Assembly (NCBI RefSeq): GCF_006345805.1
Contig: NC_043007.1
Coordinates: 61,938,001-62,002,000, forward strand
Origin: Octopus sinensis
Lineage: Eukaryota
Direction of reading: 5' to 3'
DNA length: 64,000 nt
The translations under genes were made by a program, and so were the position numbers. Position 1 is the stretch's first letter; each line of letters starts with the position of its first letter. The notes under the pieces are model-generated. The model made no database searches. It was not told the DNA's origin and saw only the letters and a program-made list of their open reading frames with translations. Below, piece by piece: positions 1 to 13,631 of this stretch.

Positions 1-28
1 AGAGTAGAAAAGAATATATGTATAGTAC

Positions 29-243
29 AAGGCGGCGAGCTAACAGAATCGTTAGCACGTCGAGCAAAATGCTTAGCAGCATTTCACCTGTCTTTACGTT
101 CTGAGTTCAAATTCCGCCTAAGGTCTACTTTGTTTTTCATCCTTTCAGGGTCGATAAAATAAGTACCAGTTGAGTACTAGGGTAAATGTAATCGACTTAG
201 CTCTTCTCCCGAAATTGCTGGCCTTGTGCCAAAATTTGAAACG
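29..243 (+). mobile_element. tRNA-derived SINE, family B (further copies ~2362-2568(-), 6180-6355(-), 12130-12260, 38855-39078, 39330-39475)
   Basis: ggcggcgagct..cagaatcgttagcac...gagttcaaattccgcc...cctttcatcctttc.gggtcgataaaataagtaccag. Confidence 0.85.
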
Positions 244-429
244 AATATATGAATAGTGTTGCACTAAATTTTAATAAAAATCAAGCATCCATCCTTTTAT
301 TTTCATAGTAAAAATAGAATTGCATTTTAACCTTGAAAATCCCTATAAAAATTTTTAATAAAGAAATTTAATACCAATTATTTTCCAGGAAAGTGAAATG
401 CTGGAGCTGACATAATATCGGTTAAAATA

Positions 430-789
430 TCTCTCTATATATAAACGGCAGTTTGTCTGTGTGTGTTTCTGTGTGTCTGTGTGTCACCCTGACCACGGCT
501 TTCAACCGATTCTGATGAAACTTGACACACACATAGCCCAATGTCATAATTCAAAACTAACGCAGCGAAAATTTTGAAAAGTTCCCCCAGTTCTGAAAAA
601 AATCGATAAATTCGACATGGGGTCGAGAATCAGAAACACAAACCACAGACTGTCTAGGGGACGCAACTCGACCTTTTTAACTAAAAAAATTTACCATAAT
701 TTTTTTTCCATTTTTTGGCTATAACTCTCTAAAAATGCTTTATAGTTATTTCCCTTACAAACCCGAGCAACGCCGGGTGATACCGCTAG
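430..789 (+). mobile_element. Non-autonomous Helitron
   Basis: 5' A|TCTCTCTATATATAAA; subterminal hairpin cccgagcaacgccggg (762-777); 3' CTAG|T; inserted at an AT dinucleotide. Confidence 0.8.
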
Positions 790-2706
790 TCATCCTATAA
801 TTTTTAATGAAAATAATTTTTCAATTAATTGTAATCTATCGTAGCTAATTTACCATATCTTAGATTCAACAGTTTGCCTTACGTTTGACAACGAGAAACT
901 ATAGTAAAATAGATGAAAAATATTTTCCTGGGAATAATCTGTAATAGTCCTTCATTATGGTCTATTACAAATTATTCCCATTCTATTACAGTATTATGAT
1001 GGGTCAGTAGTTGATCAGTATTATGATAGATCAGTATAAGGTAGATCAGTATTATGGTAGATTCGCATTATGACAGGCCAACATAATGCCTTTCTAATAT
1101 AGATTAATGCAACAATTATATACCCAAGTATACTATTTCTGAGAAACAATAACAAATAGAGTTAGTTATTGAACAAAAAAAAAAAGAAGTATTACATGTA
1201 ATATGATTTAAATCTATGATCAAATCTTGCGATTGGTTGTGTTTCGACGTTGTTACACGAACTGCTAAAAGTGACTGCCACATTTCTTTCAAATCAAATT
1301 TTACTTTCCTGCAACTATAAGAATTCACTAAGTAATGTTGTCCAAGATATTGTATGTAGGAATATAAATCAAAATGGTCACTAATGGAACGCTTTTGATC
1401 ATAGATCAGTGGCATCCAAATGATTCAGTGACGTAAGACGAGAAACAAACTTAATGGTTATGTTGTCAATGAAGTTTAAAATTATTACTATTTTTCTCAA
1501 GCTCTGCTATTAATCACACTTCTACATTATCTCAGTACTTCATATTTGCTACGCTGTATAGAAACAGACTGTAGTGTCATTTAAACATATATATAACCAG
1601 AGATACGTTTTGAATTGTCCAATACTGTACACGTATTCGTGTCTAAATTTTTTGTATGTTTGGTGATAGTTTTCTTTTATTTGTGTGTGGTGTGTGTATA
1701 TGTTTGTGTGTGTGGGGGGGGGGGGGGTTGTGAGTGTGTGTGTGCTGTTCTGTGCAAGTATAAGCATTTGTTTTCCTGTATATTGTCTTAAATGTTTGGG
1801 TATGTCTGTTCGCATCAGTGCTATCAACACTGTAGTGAGTGCTGCTTCCTGTTCCTCCCTAACAATGCTTACAAAATATAAAGATGCACAAAAGAAAAAT
1901 CTTCCTTTTTTTTAAATCTATGGAGCGGAGACAAAGATATTCCTGCTACTTCCCGAATAGCAACAACAGGAGGCGCAATGGCCCAGTGGTTAGGGCAGCG
2001 GACTCGCGGTCGGAGGATCAAAGTTTCGATTTCAAAGTGTGTGTTTATTGAGCGAAAACACCTAAAGCTCCACGAGGCTCCGGCAGGGGGTGGTGGCGAC
2101 CCCTGTTGTACTCTTTCACTCCAACTTTCTCTCACTCTTTCTTCCTGTTTCTTGTCTCCGACTTCCTACGCAACCGCTGAGCCTGGATGCGCATTCATCC
2201 ACCCGTTGATGCTCTCGGTGTCGGGAGTTGACCTGCTTTCTCTTCTGCGGGTCTCACGAATAGCAAAGGACCACGTTTCGGACTTCTCCCACTACAGACA
2301 ATCCTGAGGCGCGATCTTGCGAGCTTAACAAACAACAGCAGCACCAATAATCATTATAGTTTTAAATTCTGACACAAGGCCAGCAACTTCGGAGAAGGGG
2401 ATAAGTCGATTACATCGACCCCAGTACTCAACTGGTACTTATTTTTATGGACTCCGAAAGGATGAATAGGAAACCGACCTTGTCGGAATTTGAACTCAAA
2501 ACGTAAAGACGGACGAAATACCGCTATCCATTTTGTCCAGCGTACTAACGATTCTGCCAGGTCGCTTTATAAATAGATATACATGTGTGTGTGTGTGTGT
2601 GTGTGTGGTCAAGCAATATAGTACTGGTTTTGACATGTATATAGTCAGAATGTAAGCATCGAATTCGAGCAGATTTTTACCACAAAACTCTTCAGTATTG
2701 TGGTAA

Positions 2707-2766
<60 letters not shown>

Positions 2767-2795
2767 ACACGACGCACGCACGCACATACACACAC

Positions 2796-2906
2796 CCATA
2801 TCACATTGAAAGCACCGGTTCTCGTCCGATCACCGAAGTTAAGCAACGACGAGCCTAGTGAGTACTTAGGTGGGTGACCGCTTGGGGAACCTAGGTGCTG
2901 TAAGCG
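2796..2906 (+). pseudogene. 5S rRNA pseudogene or dispersed copy, lacking about 8 nt at the 5' end
   Basis: ccatatcacattgaaagcaccggttctcgtccgatcaccgaagttaagcaacgacgagcctagtgagtacttaggtgggtgaccgcttggggaacctaggtgctgtaagc matches the metazoan 5S consensus, including box A and box C regions. The 5' end is replaced by a (CA)n tract. Confidence 0.9.
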
Positions 2907-2920
2907 TCTCACACTTTTAT

Positions 2921-3034
2921 AGGCGCAGGAGTGGCTTGCTTACCAACCACTTTGTTCAGTCCCATTGCGTAGCAACTTGGGCAAGTGTCTTCTCGTGAGT
3001 TGATTTGATAGACGGAAACTGAAAGAAATCTGTC

Positions 3035-3076
<42 letters not shown>

Positions 3077-3310
3077 TATATATATGTATGTGTGTGTGAG
3101 TGTGTGTGTGTGTGTCTGTTTGTTCCCCCCACCATCGCTTAACAACCGATGTTGGTGTGTTTACGCCCCCGTAACTCAGCGGTTTGACCAAAGGGACCGA
3201 TAGAACAAGTACTAGGCTTACAAATAATAAGTCCTGGGGTAGATTTGCTCGACTAAAGGCGGTGCTCCAACATGGCTGCAATCAAATGACTGAAACAAAT
3301 AAAAAAATAA
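2921..3310 (+). mobile_element. tRNA-derived SINE, family A, directly after the 5S copy
   Basis: aggcgcaggagtggc...gggcaagtgtcttct...gacggaaactgaaagaa-(TA)n(TG)n-...gatagaacaagtactagg...atgactgaaaca. Confidence 0.85.
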
Positions 3311-3343
3311 AAGAATATATATATATACATACATAAACATGTA

Positions 3344-3382
<39 letters not shown>

Positions 3383-3603
3383 TGTGTGTATCTTTTAGTT
3401 TGCGTTTGTTCCTCGCAAGACTGTTTGACATCTGGTGACGGTTCGCTTACGTCCCCTAATTTAGTTGTTCGTAAAAAAAATGCCCTATATAGAGAGAACC
3501 ATGTTTTAGAAAAATGATAAGTACTTCGGTTAATATGTTGGATTAAACTATTCAAGGCGATGTCCCAGCATGGCCGCAATCTAATGACTGAAACAAGTAA
3601 ATG

Positions 3604-3653
<50 letters not shown>

Positions 3654-6600
3654 AAAAGATCCAAGGATCGAGGTGTAGGAAGAAAGTTAGCTTCAAGCAA
3701 TCCGTAGTAAATATGAAAAGCAACTTTCAGGGGCAATACTGGTTTATTGAGAATTTTTTTTTGTATCGAAGTATGATAAACTGAAAAAAGTTGTTTTTAT
3801 ATTTTACGGTAGGCGACCAGGGTTGCCAGGTATGCGAATAAGAATATAGGAGTTAAGGAATGGAGTAGATAAGATATATACATACACGCATATGTAGGAC
3901 TATTATACATGAATATATATACGTGTGTATGTATGTATATATGTCTATATATGTATATATGTATGTCTATTTTATTTATATATCATCTCGTATTGGCCAA
4001 TTGATCATAGAATTATCACGATGTGTTGTATCAAGAACGATTACAGCATGACCCATTGCTATCTAAACTGCTTCTCACAAAGTGTAAATGAAATGACTCA
4101 AATGAACATCAAATCTGCGTCGAAGATTTCTTTCTATGAATATTTATCACTAGTTTCATCATGGTGCATTCCCATTCCCCGTTCGCGTACGCATGTTTGT
4201 GCGTGCTCGACACCCGTACATGGCTGTATATCCGAGTCATGCTACTGATAAAACTTCTGCTGTGCCATTTTACATTTGCTTCCTGTTTCTAAATAAAGTT
4301 TATATATTCCTATTGAAACACATTTCACATTTATTTTATATACCAAACATTCAAATTGACTTATAGTGAGTAATGTTCAAGAATATCACTACTTGCTTTC
4401 TTACTAAGTCAGCCTAGTACTAATCTAACTAATCCACGCACTCCTCGCTGCCAACCTTTCCTTAGCAATGATAAATCGGGAAGTAGTAAAACAGTTTTGT
4501 ATATGTATTGCTTAAACACATGTGTTTGGTTTTAGAACAAACAGGTAGAAGAAGGTAGACGAGATGATGTCGATGTTACATGGAAGTCAAATATGTATGC
4601 TATTCGGGCAAGCGATTTTAGTTATAAATATTAGCTTTCTTTTCTTCATTTCTTCAAAACATGTAAGCTACTTACTTAATTATAAAAGAATCACACACAA
4701 AAAAAATAACACTGACACATAGATATACAAACAAATTCACTCTGTTTTTCTCCCTCTCCCTCTCTCTTTCACACACAGGTACAGGCGCAGACACCTCATG
4801 TGGTGATGTTAATACAATTACATGTGCATGTAGCTATCTGCGCATCACCAATGCGGAAGTATTTCAGCGTGATGTAACCGTGCAACTGAGCTCTTTGTTT
4901 CGCACGCTCGCGTATGTGCGGTGATGAGGAATAGTTAGTCATTTGTGTTGAGCACCATCTGTCAAAGAGAAACTGAAAATATCCCATTGTATGTGATTGT
5001 ACAAATAATGACGGAAATACAGAAATACCAATTGCTACAACCAGTCTCATGAGAAAACAACAGAGCCTCTACATAATCGTTTTGCCTGGTAAAAATAGCG
5101 ACTAAAGTTCCTCAAAATCACACTTCTACAGTCTTAAATAAGGAAAAGATACATTAGACCAGCGTTTTCCTATAATTTTATTTACTCTTGGAGAACTTTT
5201 GAAAATTATTTCATGTCTCGAGGAACTTCTACATAGAAATTATCATATATTTTTTATTAATATTCTTTCTTTCTCTTTTGTAAAGTTAAATTTCATACGT
5301 CAACAAAGAAAGTTTAAGAAATTGTCTTGACGGAGACCTTGTTTAAACAAATTCCCTGTTAGGGGATCGTTTTCCCTTAGGGTTGCCTTATTGTCAGCAG
5401 ACACGTTTGGGAATATACTGAGTGTATATAAATAAATTACGACTGTAAAATTATATACAGAAAAATTCCTTTGCATGGAATTAGCCAATTTATTTATCAG
5501 GGTTTTTCTCGCAAAACCTTTGGATTCCAAGGAAACTCGATTAAAGCCATTGCATTAGATAATGTAGTCTTAGATAACTGTAAATAAAACAGGCAAAGTA
5601 GCGAAGGCTGGAGAGCCGTTGATCATATGTCTATTTGTTTGTCAGTTCCATCACAGATGGCTTGGAGCTAAACAATAACAGAAACAGCTTAAATTTACTT
5701 GTTAAAAATTATATGGACAACTAGCGCTCAGGTGGTTTCTTCATAAGTTGTTGAAACTGCTTTGATGAGGAGGAGAAGAGGGAGGAGGGGGAAGAGGAAG
5801 ATAATGTCGTAGACGACGACGATGATGATGAAGATCGTTGTCGTTATGCTCTACTGGTTTAGTATTATCAACTTACAAAATTATTCATTACAATAAACTT
5901 GGGAAAACTATCTCAGATTTAAATATATTCTCTATTCTTTTATTGTTTTACTTATTTCAGTCATTGGACTGCATTGGACACTACCTCGATGGATTTATTC
6001 GACCTCAGTTTTTCATTTTAATCTTGCACATCCTATCGGCGGCTTTTTGTTGAACCACTATATTATGGTGACGTTAACAAACCAAAACCAGTTGTCAAGA
6101 GGATGTGGACAAGCAAAGAGGAAGACGCATATACGCACATATACATATCCATACACGTAGTGTGTATGGCCGACAATTTTAATGGAGGAGTCGATTATAT
6201 TGACCTCCACTGCTCAACTGATACTTCTTTTATCGATTCTGAAAAAAATAAATGGTAAAGTCGACCTCGATGTCATTTGAACTTAGAACGTAAATGCTTG
6301 AACGAATGCCGCAAAGCATTTTTCGACTTTTAACGTTTCTGGCAGCTCGCCAAATAAATGTTTTTAGCTTAGGCAGAAAAGTTCTGGGAAAAAAATGATG
6401 CAAAAAGCTCTGAGTAAAGTTATGTTGGTCAGAAAGGTGAAAGTGAAAAAGGTTACTTACTTTATTCTAGCCGAAGAACAAGTCATCCGGTCCTCCAGCT
6501 TATCGTTGCTTCCCCATTCAAGTCTTTGCATAGTCTTTTGTTTACTGTATCTCAGAAAGCCCCTAAGTCTTTGGGCAATTTTGTTTTGTGATCGCTTAAG

Positions 6601-7339
6601 TAGTTTCTATAATGAATATACAGGATGGTATATTGTAACAACGTTTTGTGAAGGGTTTGTCTGTCTGTCTGTTGGTTTAAATTATCCGTTCCGTTGCTAT
6701 TTTGTTTACGGCTGTGAAGTTTGTGATATTTTCTCTAAAACATATTGTTGTGAGCTTCTTGTTGATTTTGCTGTTTGTTGTAGTGTCGAGTGTGTCAGTG
6801 TTGATGGAGGTGGAATGGGTGTGTGACCGGTTTGTGGAAACTCTGCTTCCTCTCGAACACCCCGGCCATCTGTGTTGGCTGGGTATTTTTTTACCTTCTT
6901 CATTTTCTTCTCTTGACTGCTTTATTTCCCCCTCGTTACGCAACATGTCACAGCGGTCGTATATGGGGAAGGTATACTTTTACGGGTCTTGATTATTTGT
7001 TCTTTTATATCTAATTTTATCTATTTATTATTTCTTTTGTTTTTATTTTTGTGAAACGCTTGTTGATGTTACTTGTGTTGTGATTGTTACTGTTGTCGCT
7101 GCAGATTTCTGTTACTGGTGTTCTGGTAGCTACTGTTGCTTCTGCTGATGTTTTTGCTGGTGATAATGAAGTTGCTGCTGCTGTTCCTACTGTCGTTTTT
7201 ATTGCCGTTGTTGTTCTTACAGTTGTTTTTATTATTGCTGCCGCTAACATCTCTGTTGAGATATCTACTACTGCTTCTGTTGTTGTAGTTGCTGTTGCAG
7301 CTAGCCTTGTTAATGTTGTTTTTGCATGTTGAGTGTCGG

Positions 7340-7900
7340 CAACAGTGCTTTTCTTCCAAGTAGTCTTGGACAGAATATCCTTAGATGGTTGCTGTCTCTA
7401 CAAACTTGGCACTTAGGTCTTCCACTCTCTCCACCATGTACAGTTGTATGCCATTTGATAAACTAATTAAGTCATGGATGATTTCCTAGTTCTTACGTTC
7501 GGTTTGAATCAGAAGGTCCATTTCTATCCCAGACCAATTTTCCTCGCACAGCTTGTGAACTTCGAAGATGGCTGTTTTGGACTCGATGCCCAGCAGATAT
7601 TGATTTTTTGGTAGGGTATCGATTATTCTTAATCTAGTCACTCACCGATCTTGGTAATGCAGTATGAGACCAAACTCTTCACGATTAGGGTGGTTATGGA
7701 GTGCTTTTTATCGTTTTGTTGCTTCACTCGGAAACTGAGCCGAACATTTTGTCCCTCGTTTTGTAGATTTGGAGGCACCAAACTGACCTCAGGCATCTTT
7801 CCGTTTTTCGCTCAATTCGCTCGCTCCCCTCACCTAGTCTGCATGCCAATGCATTTACATATAATCATTTTACTGTTGATTTCTTACAGAACTGATTCAA
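7340..7900 (-). mobile_element. LINE ORF1 remnant (L1/Tx1-like) with gag-type zinc knuckle
   Basis: Minus strand VHGGESGRPK-CQVCRDSNHLRIFC-P is CX2CX4HX4C at 7370-7411, followed by a low-complexity (AAC/AGC)-rich tail. Confidence 0.5.
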
Positions 7901-8066
7901 ACTCATACAAGGACACTTCTCGCCTAGACCTTTTTCCCACAAGTGTTCCTGCTTGTGTTATACTTTCGTCTGGTAGATCGATTTGCGTTTATGAAAGACC
8001 CAGGCTTTCAGTTGGAAATGCCTTTATTTTTGCTGGCAGTTAAGCTAGTAGTGATGATGAAAATAT

Positions 8067-8468
8067 AGGAGTGGCAGTGTGGTAAGTAGCTTGCTTACGA
8101 ACCACATGGTTCCTGGTTCAGCCCCACTGCGTGGCACCTTGAGAAAGTGACTTCTACTATAGCCTCGGGCCGACCAAAGCCTTGTGAGTGGATTTGGTTG
8201 ACGGAAACTGAAAGAAGCCCGTCGTATATATGTATATATATAAATGTATGTGTGTGTATGTTTGTATGTCTGTGTTTGTCCCCGCAACATCACTTCACAA
8301 CCGATGCTGGTTTGTTTACGTCCCCGTAACTTAGCGGTTCGGCAAAAGAGACCGATAGAATAAGTACTAGGCTTACAAAGAATAGGTCCTGGGATCGATT
8401 TGCTCGACTAAAGGCGGTGTTCCAGCATGGCCACAGTCACATGACTGAAACAAGTTAAAGAATTAAAG
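8067..8468 (+). mobile_element. tRNA-derived SINE, family A (others: 15300-15510 partial, 21970-22150(-), 23280-23700(-), 37793-38315, 39540-39760)
   Basis: Well-preserved head with A/B-box-like gtgtggtaag...ggttcagcccc and a conserved tail. Confidence 0.88.
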
Positions 8469-9369
8469 AGGTTGTTCCTGACAAGTGGTAGCAGTGACGG
8501 TAGCGGTGGTGGCGGCGATGATGGTACTTACATTATTATCATAAACTGTTTTACTTGACTTGTCATTACAATTGTTGTTATTGCTACTGTCACCACTAAC
8601 TGTACTGGCGGTGGCAGTGGTGGTGGCAGTGGTGGTGGTGGTGGTATCTCAGTGTTGTTTTTCTTGTTGCTGTTGCTGTTATTGCCGCCACTGAGACTAA
8701 CTACGGTAGTGGTGCTGTGTTTGACAGTTTGCTGTTTTTCTTTCCGTTTGGCATGTTGTTACTATGATTATTGTTGTTACTGTTTGATGCTGAGGCGATG
8801 GTAGTGATAGTATAACTTTTAAAAATTTTGGACTCTCAGAAAGGGAGTCCCCGTTTATAGACAGAATTAAGGGGGAATATTTAGAGGCAAGTTCTACTCT
8901 CCTCACGAAATCACTCCTCACTCCTCCTATAAGCTGATTGTGACAGACGATTCCATATTTCAAATTAATGCTTTTCCAAAATATTTTTTCTAATTTTTGG
9001 CGTCAAAGGATGGAGAAACAAAGGAACCACCACCTCAGCGAAGTTTTCATTAGTTTCTCAACAAAATATATAACAATAATTGACAATAAAAACCTCTTCA
9101 TGAGGTAGTGAGTTCGATTCCCGGACCGGACTCCTCTGTATTGTGTTCTTGAACAAGACACTTTATTTCACAAAATATACAGCCCAGTTTGGATAATTAA
9201 AGCCAGCCAGAAGACTGGGTTAGGTCAATATTCGTATCCATCCCCCCAAAACGATATAATTATTGCACTGATAAGCCAATGGAACAAAATTCAACTCAAA
9301 ATTATCTCAAGCAGAACCAAATAAGCTAGAAGAAATTAGTGAAGAACAGGCAGATTTTAGACCCGGAAG

Positions 9370-10480
9370 AAGAACCATAATCCAGATACTGAACCTTAAA
9401 ATGGTGACTGAAAAGAATCACGAATATAATAGAAACATCCTATTATGTCTCCTTGATTACACAAAAGTAGTCGATAACGTCTCATATGAAGTCCTATGGA
9501 TCAATGTGATCAAAACGTGACTCTCTTCTCATATAGTAGATCATATAAAGTCTACTATATGAGAAGAGAAACTTATAACCCAAACAAAGAACAGCAGTTC
9601 AAGCAACCCATGGACTAACAAACTGGTTTGAAATTGAACAAGGTGTCCACCAGTGTTGCATCCTTCCTCTGCACCTCTTTAATATGTATTTCGAGGCAAT
9701 AATGAGAGACGCGCTGTATGGTTTTACTGGAAGCATCAAAATTAATGGCAAGATCACACAAATCTGAGGTATGCAGACAATGTAATCCTCGGAACTGGCA
9801 GCATGCGAGAACTGTAAGATTTAGTTAATAGATTAAAAAATTCAAAGTTAGGCTTCATCCAAATTTTAAAAAAAACGTAACAATAAGTAATGAAAATAAC
9901 AAACAATGAACAAGATTACATAAAAATGAATAATGAAAATATCGAAAACGTAAAAGAATTTGTGTACGTTGGCACTCTTATTACCAATGACTACAATGAC
10001 ACCCATGCGAAGACTCGGATTAGCCAAGAATGCTATTATATCACTGAACAAAAATTTTAATAATTTCTCAATTCATTGATAGTCACCTATGAAACTGAAA
10101 ACTGGAATATAAAGAAAATTGAAAATGGAAAATAGAAGCATTTAAACAATGGTGTTTTAGACGCATTCTCAGAACTAGCTGAACGGATAAAAGAACTAAT
10201 GAGCGGGTTCTTCGCAAGATAAGGTGCCAGAAAAGACGGTTAGATACTATCATAAAGAGAGAATGACCATCACCAGTTATATAACTAGAAGACAAGACAT
10301 TGACAAATTTCTGTTAACAGGTGCGGCATATGACAAAAGAACAAGAGGAAGACATAAAACCAGATTTAGTGTTATCAAAACAGCTAGTGGCAGAAGTTTT
10401 TCAGAACTGTGTCAACTAGTAAAGGACAGACATGAATAGAGGGCCGAGGTGACTCAATTATTTGAACCTTCCCTCTAGAG
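9370..10480 (+). mobile_element. Degraded RTE-clade LINE reverse transcriptase and 3' region
   Basis: EYNRNILLCLLDYTKVVDNVSYEVLW; QGVHQCCILPLHLFNMYFEAIMRDAL; NLRYADNV; many stops and frameshifts. Confidence 0.8.
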
Positions 10481-12898
10481 AGAGAAAGAGAGAGATCAAT
10501 GTATATCTATCAAAATACAATATAGATCAGTTTGGTTTCTTTATATTGGGCGTAGTTCTTCTGTAGGAAGGTAAGAAACGGGAAGGCTTTTTACATAGTA
10601 GTTCTCCCACATATTGAGCTGTTCTGGTCATTCCGCAACGTTACTCGGACACAACTGTAGATCTAAGCGAGTATTTTCAAAGAATTGAACAATAAAATAC
10701 AAACGAAGATCAAATTATACAGGACTGTTGTAATCACGGTAATTCACCGCTATATGATTCAAATATATGACAGAGAGCTCGATCAAGTGATATTCAAGGA
10801 AGGATCCAATGTTGATAAATCAGTTGAAGTCTATAGTTTAGATAACGGTACTCAATTCAAAAACAGAGTTTAATTATTGTAAATTTGTGTGTGTGAGAGA
10901 GAGAGAGAGAGATGGAGAGGGAGAGAGAGGTAAGTAGATAGATAGATACATACATACATACGTACGTACTAGCATACATACAAATATACGAATATAAATC
11001 TACCAATACATCATACAAAACGTTAATATTGTTTGTTCAACATTCCAGCCTAATAGATGTTTTACTTCGTCAGGTGGTAAACTGTACCCACATGTTCAAT
11101 TTTCAACTGAATTTAATTGGTGAGCAATTAAAGAAGAAAGTGAGCGAGCGAAAGAGAGTGAAGGAGAGGGAGAGACAGAGAGAAGAGACAGATAGACAAT
11201 CTTACAACACAGACCACAAGATTCCTAAACTGGTGCTCTTCCAGTGAGCCAAGCGTCTGGGTGTAAAGAATTCTTAAAATGTGAAAAGCGGAGGTGTTGT
11301 GTTAGGCTGACACAGAATATCTCCTACGCCCAACAAATCGCCTTTATATTATTTATATTTTTTTATATTGTACTACGTTGAGCCAAACGATTTCTCTTCA
11401 ACGAAAATTACAAACGCGTTCTTTTATCCATTTATTCATATACTGACATGTTTCAGTTGGAAATTTGCCATTCTATGAATGTATAAATGTATAATATAAA
11501 TTGCGCATATGAGTCTCTCTCGATCTCTCACCGTGTATCTCTCCCTCTCTTTCTCTCTCTCTCTCGTTCCTTTCTTTGTTTCAGTCATTAGAGTGCGGCC
11601 ATGCTGGGGCACGGCTTTGAAGAATTTTAGTCGAATGTATGTGTGTGTGTATGTGTGTGTGTGGGTGAATATTATTACTATATTCTTAAGTCCACCATTT
11701 CGTCAATCGCAGCAGTTTCCAAGCTTCACCACTAATTCAATTCTCAACCAAATTGCAAAGTGTTAATAGTTTTAAAGAGGACATCTCCTCAGCTACACTT
11801 TGGCATAAATAGTTTGAGATTTGGTTCAGTAGAAGAAAAGTTACGTCAAAATATCTGCAACCTCAAGTGGAGCAGTAAGGCACCTATTCACCTTCAATTA
11901 ACATAAACTTTTTAATTTTAAAATAAAAGTATACTTTTCTTAGGCTTAAATGATAGAAAAAGATATGAGGAATTCAGAGTCGTTAGTCGTATTGAACAAA
12001 AGTTAGTAGAAGAAAAGTTATGGGGTGAAATGCCACGAAATTTCGTGTCAGTAAGTAAGAGAGTAAGGAAGTAACACTTAGCAATAAGAATAAAGAATAT
12101 ATTGCTAACATGAAAGTTTCCGTCATGAAGCGGCGTGCTGCCAGAAACGTTACCACGCCGGGTGAAATTCTTAGCGGTATTTCACCTGTGTTTAAATATT
12201 TGAATTCAAATTCCGCCGAGTTCGACTTTTCCTTTTATCCATTTTGGATCTATTCAATTTGACGTACAGATTATTTAATTTTTTTTTTTAACGGAACACT
12301 TTGAAACTTCCGATACTGGTACAATGTGTCACATACAACTGTGTCTTAACGTTTTTGACAAAATTTTGTATTTTAGAAATTATTTCCTCACAAGTTACAG
12401 AGTGACAATGGACAAATTCGTGTTTGATAAGTGCCAATACACGAAACTCTCAGCTTTTGACTTACTCTCTAACTTCTGCCAATGATATATATGCATATTA
12501 TACATATATGTGTAAAAGAAATCTCATCACGCAATCAAACCAAGGAAAGAGCCTCTACCTGGTTGCTCGACATGCTAAAAATAGCAGCCAATGTATCCCG
12601 TCGTGGCACTCCGTCGGCTGCGACGACGAGGGTCCACGTGTACTCTTAATGTAGTTCTCGGGGAGTTTCAGCGTGGCACAGAGTGTGACAAGGCTGGCCC
12701 TTTGAAATACAGGTACAGCAGAAACAGGAAGAAAGAGTGAGAGAAAGTAGTGGTGAAAGAATATAGCTGGGTTCGCCACCAACCCCTGCCGGATCCTCGT
12801 GGAGATTTAAGTGGTTTCGCTGAATAAACACTCACAGTGCCTGATCTGGGAATCGAAACAGCGAGTCCGCTGACCTAACCACTGGGCCATTGCGCTCC

Positions 12899-12929
<31 letters not shown>

Positions 12930-13631
12930 TATAATATGTGTATATATGTATATATATATATACATACATACATACATACATACATACATACATACATACA
13001 TACATACATACATACAATCACTCGCATATATAATTCAGTTATATTTTCCTAAATCAGTTGAAATTATCAGCCACAATGTCGATGCGCAGAATGATTTATA
13101 ACATGTATTCGCTCCTTTCTACAGTTTTCTTAGTTCCGTCAGACAGCGGCATCAAGCTTTCTCTCTCTCAAATTGTGCAGATTAATCCCACAATACGCTT
13201 AATTCGTATCGTATGTTTCAATTAACACATACTAACATGTAGCTTGGGTGGTTAATATTTAAGATATTTGCTGCGGTTGTATTTGTAGTGTGTGTGTATG
13301 TGTTTTTTATATCTCTTCAATTATGTTTTGTGTTTGCCAGATGGCTTATTATAAGTGGAATCAGTGTGTGTTGCTTGGAACAAAATCTACTCTGAACAAC
13401 ATCTGTCTTCTAAAACGTTACAAGACTGAAATGACGACGTGCGTATGTTATAGTCCTCCTAGCTGAGAGTATGCTTGAGAACCTTATGTAAATTAGTCGC
13501 GTCTATATATGGTTTGGCCGATTGAGCTACGATAACAGTTAAGTTTCTATGTCGAAGACTCAGAGGAAACGGTGCAGTGTGACTAATGAGATACGACTGT
13601 CATTCATCTCTCGATTTTTTGTTATTTAATT

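Noticed and set aside
4022-4322. Possible solo LTR (TGTGTT...AACACA with AATAAA)
   Set aside because: No target-site duplication and no second copy in the window.
7017-7359. Ala/Val/Thr/Asn-rich ORFs on both strands
   Set aside because: Degenerate trinucleotide repeats next to a LINE ORF1 remnant; not a host gene.
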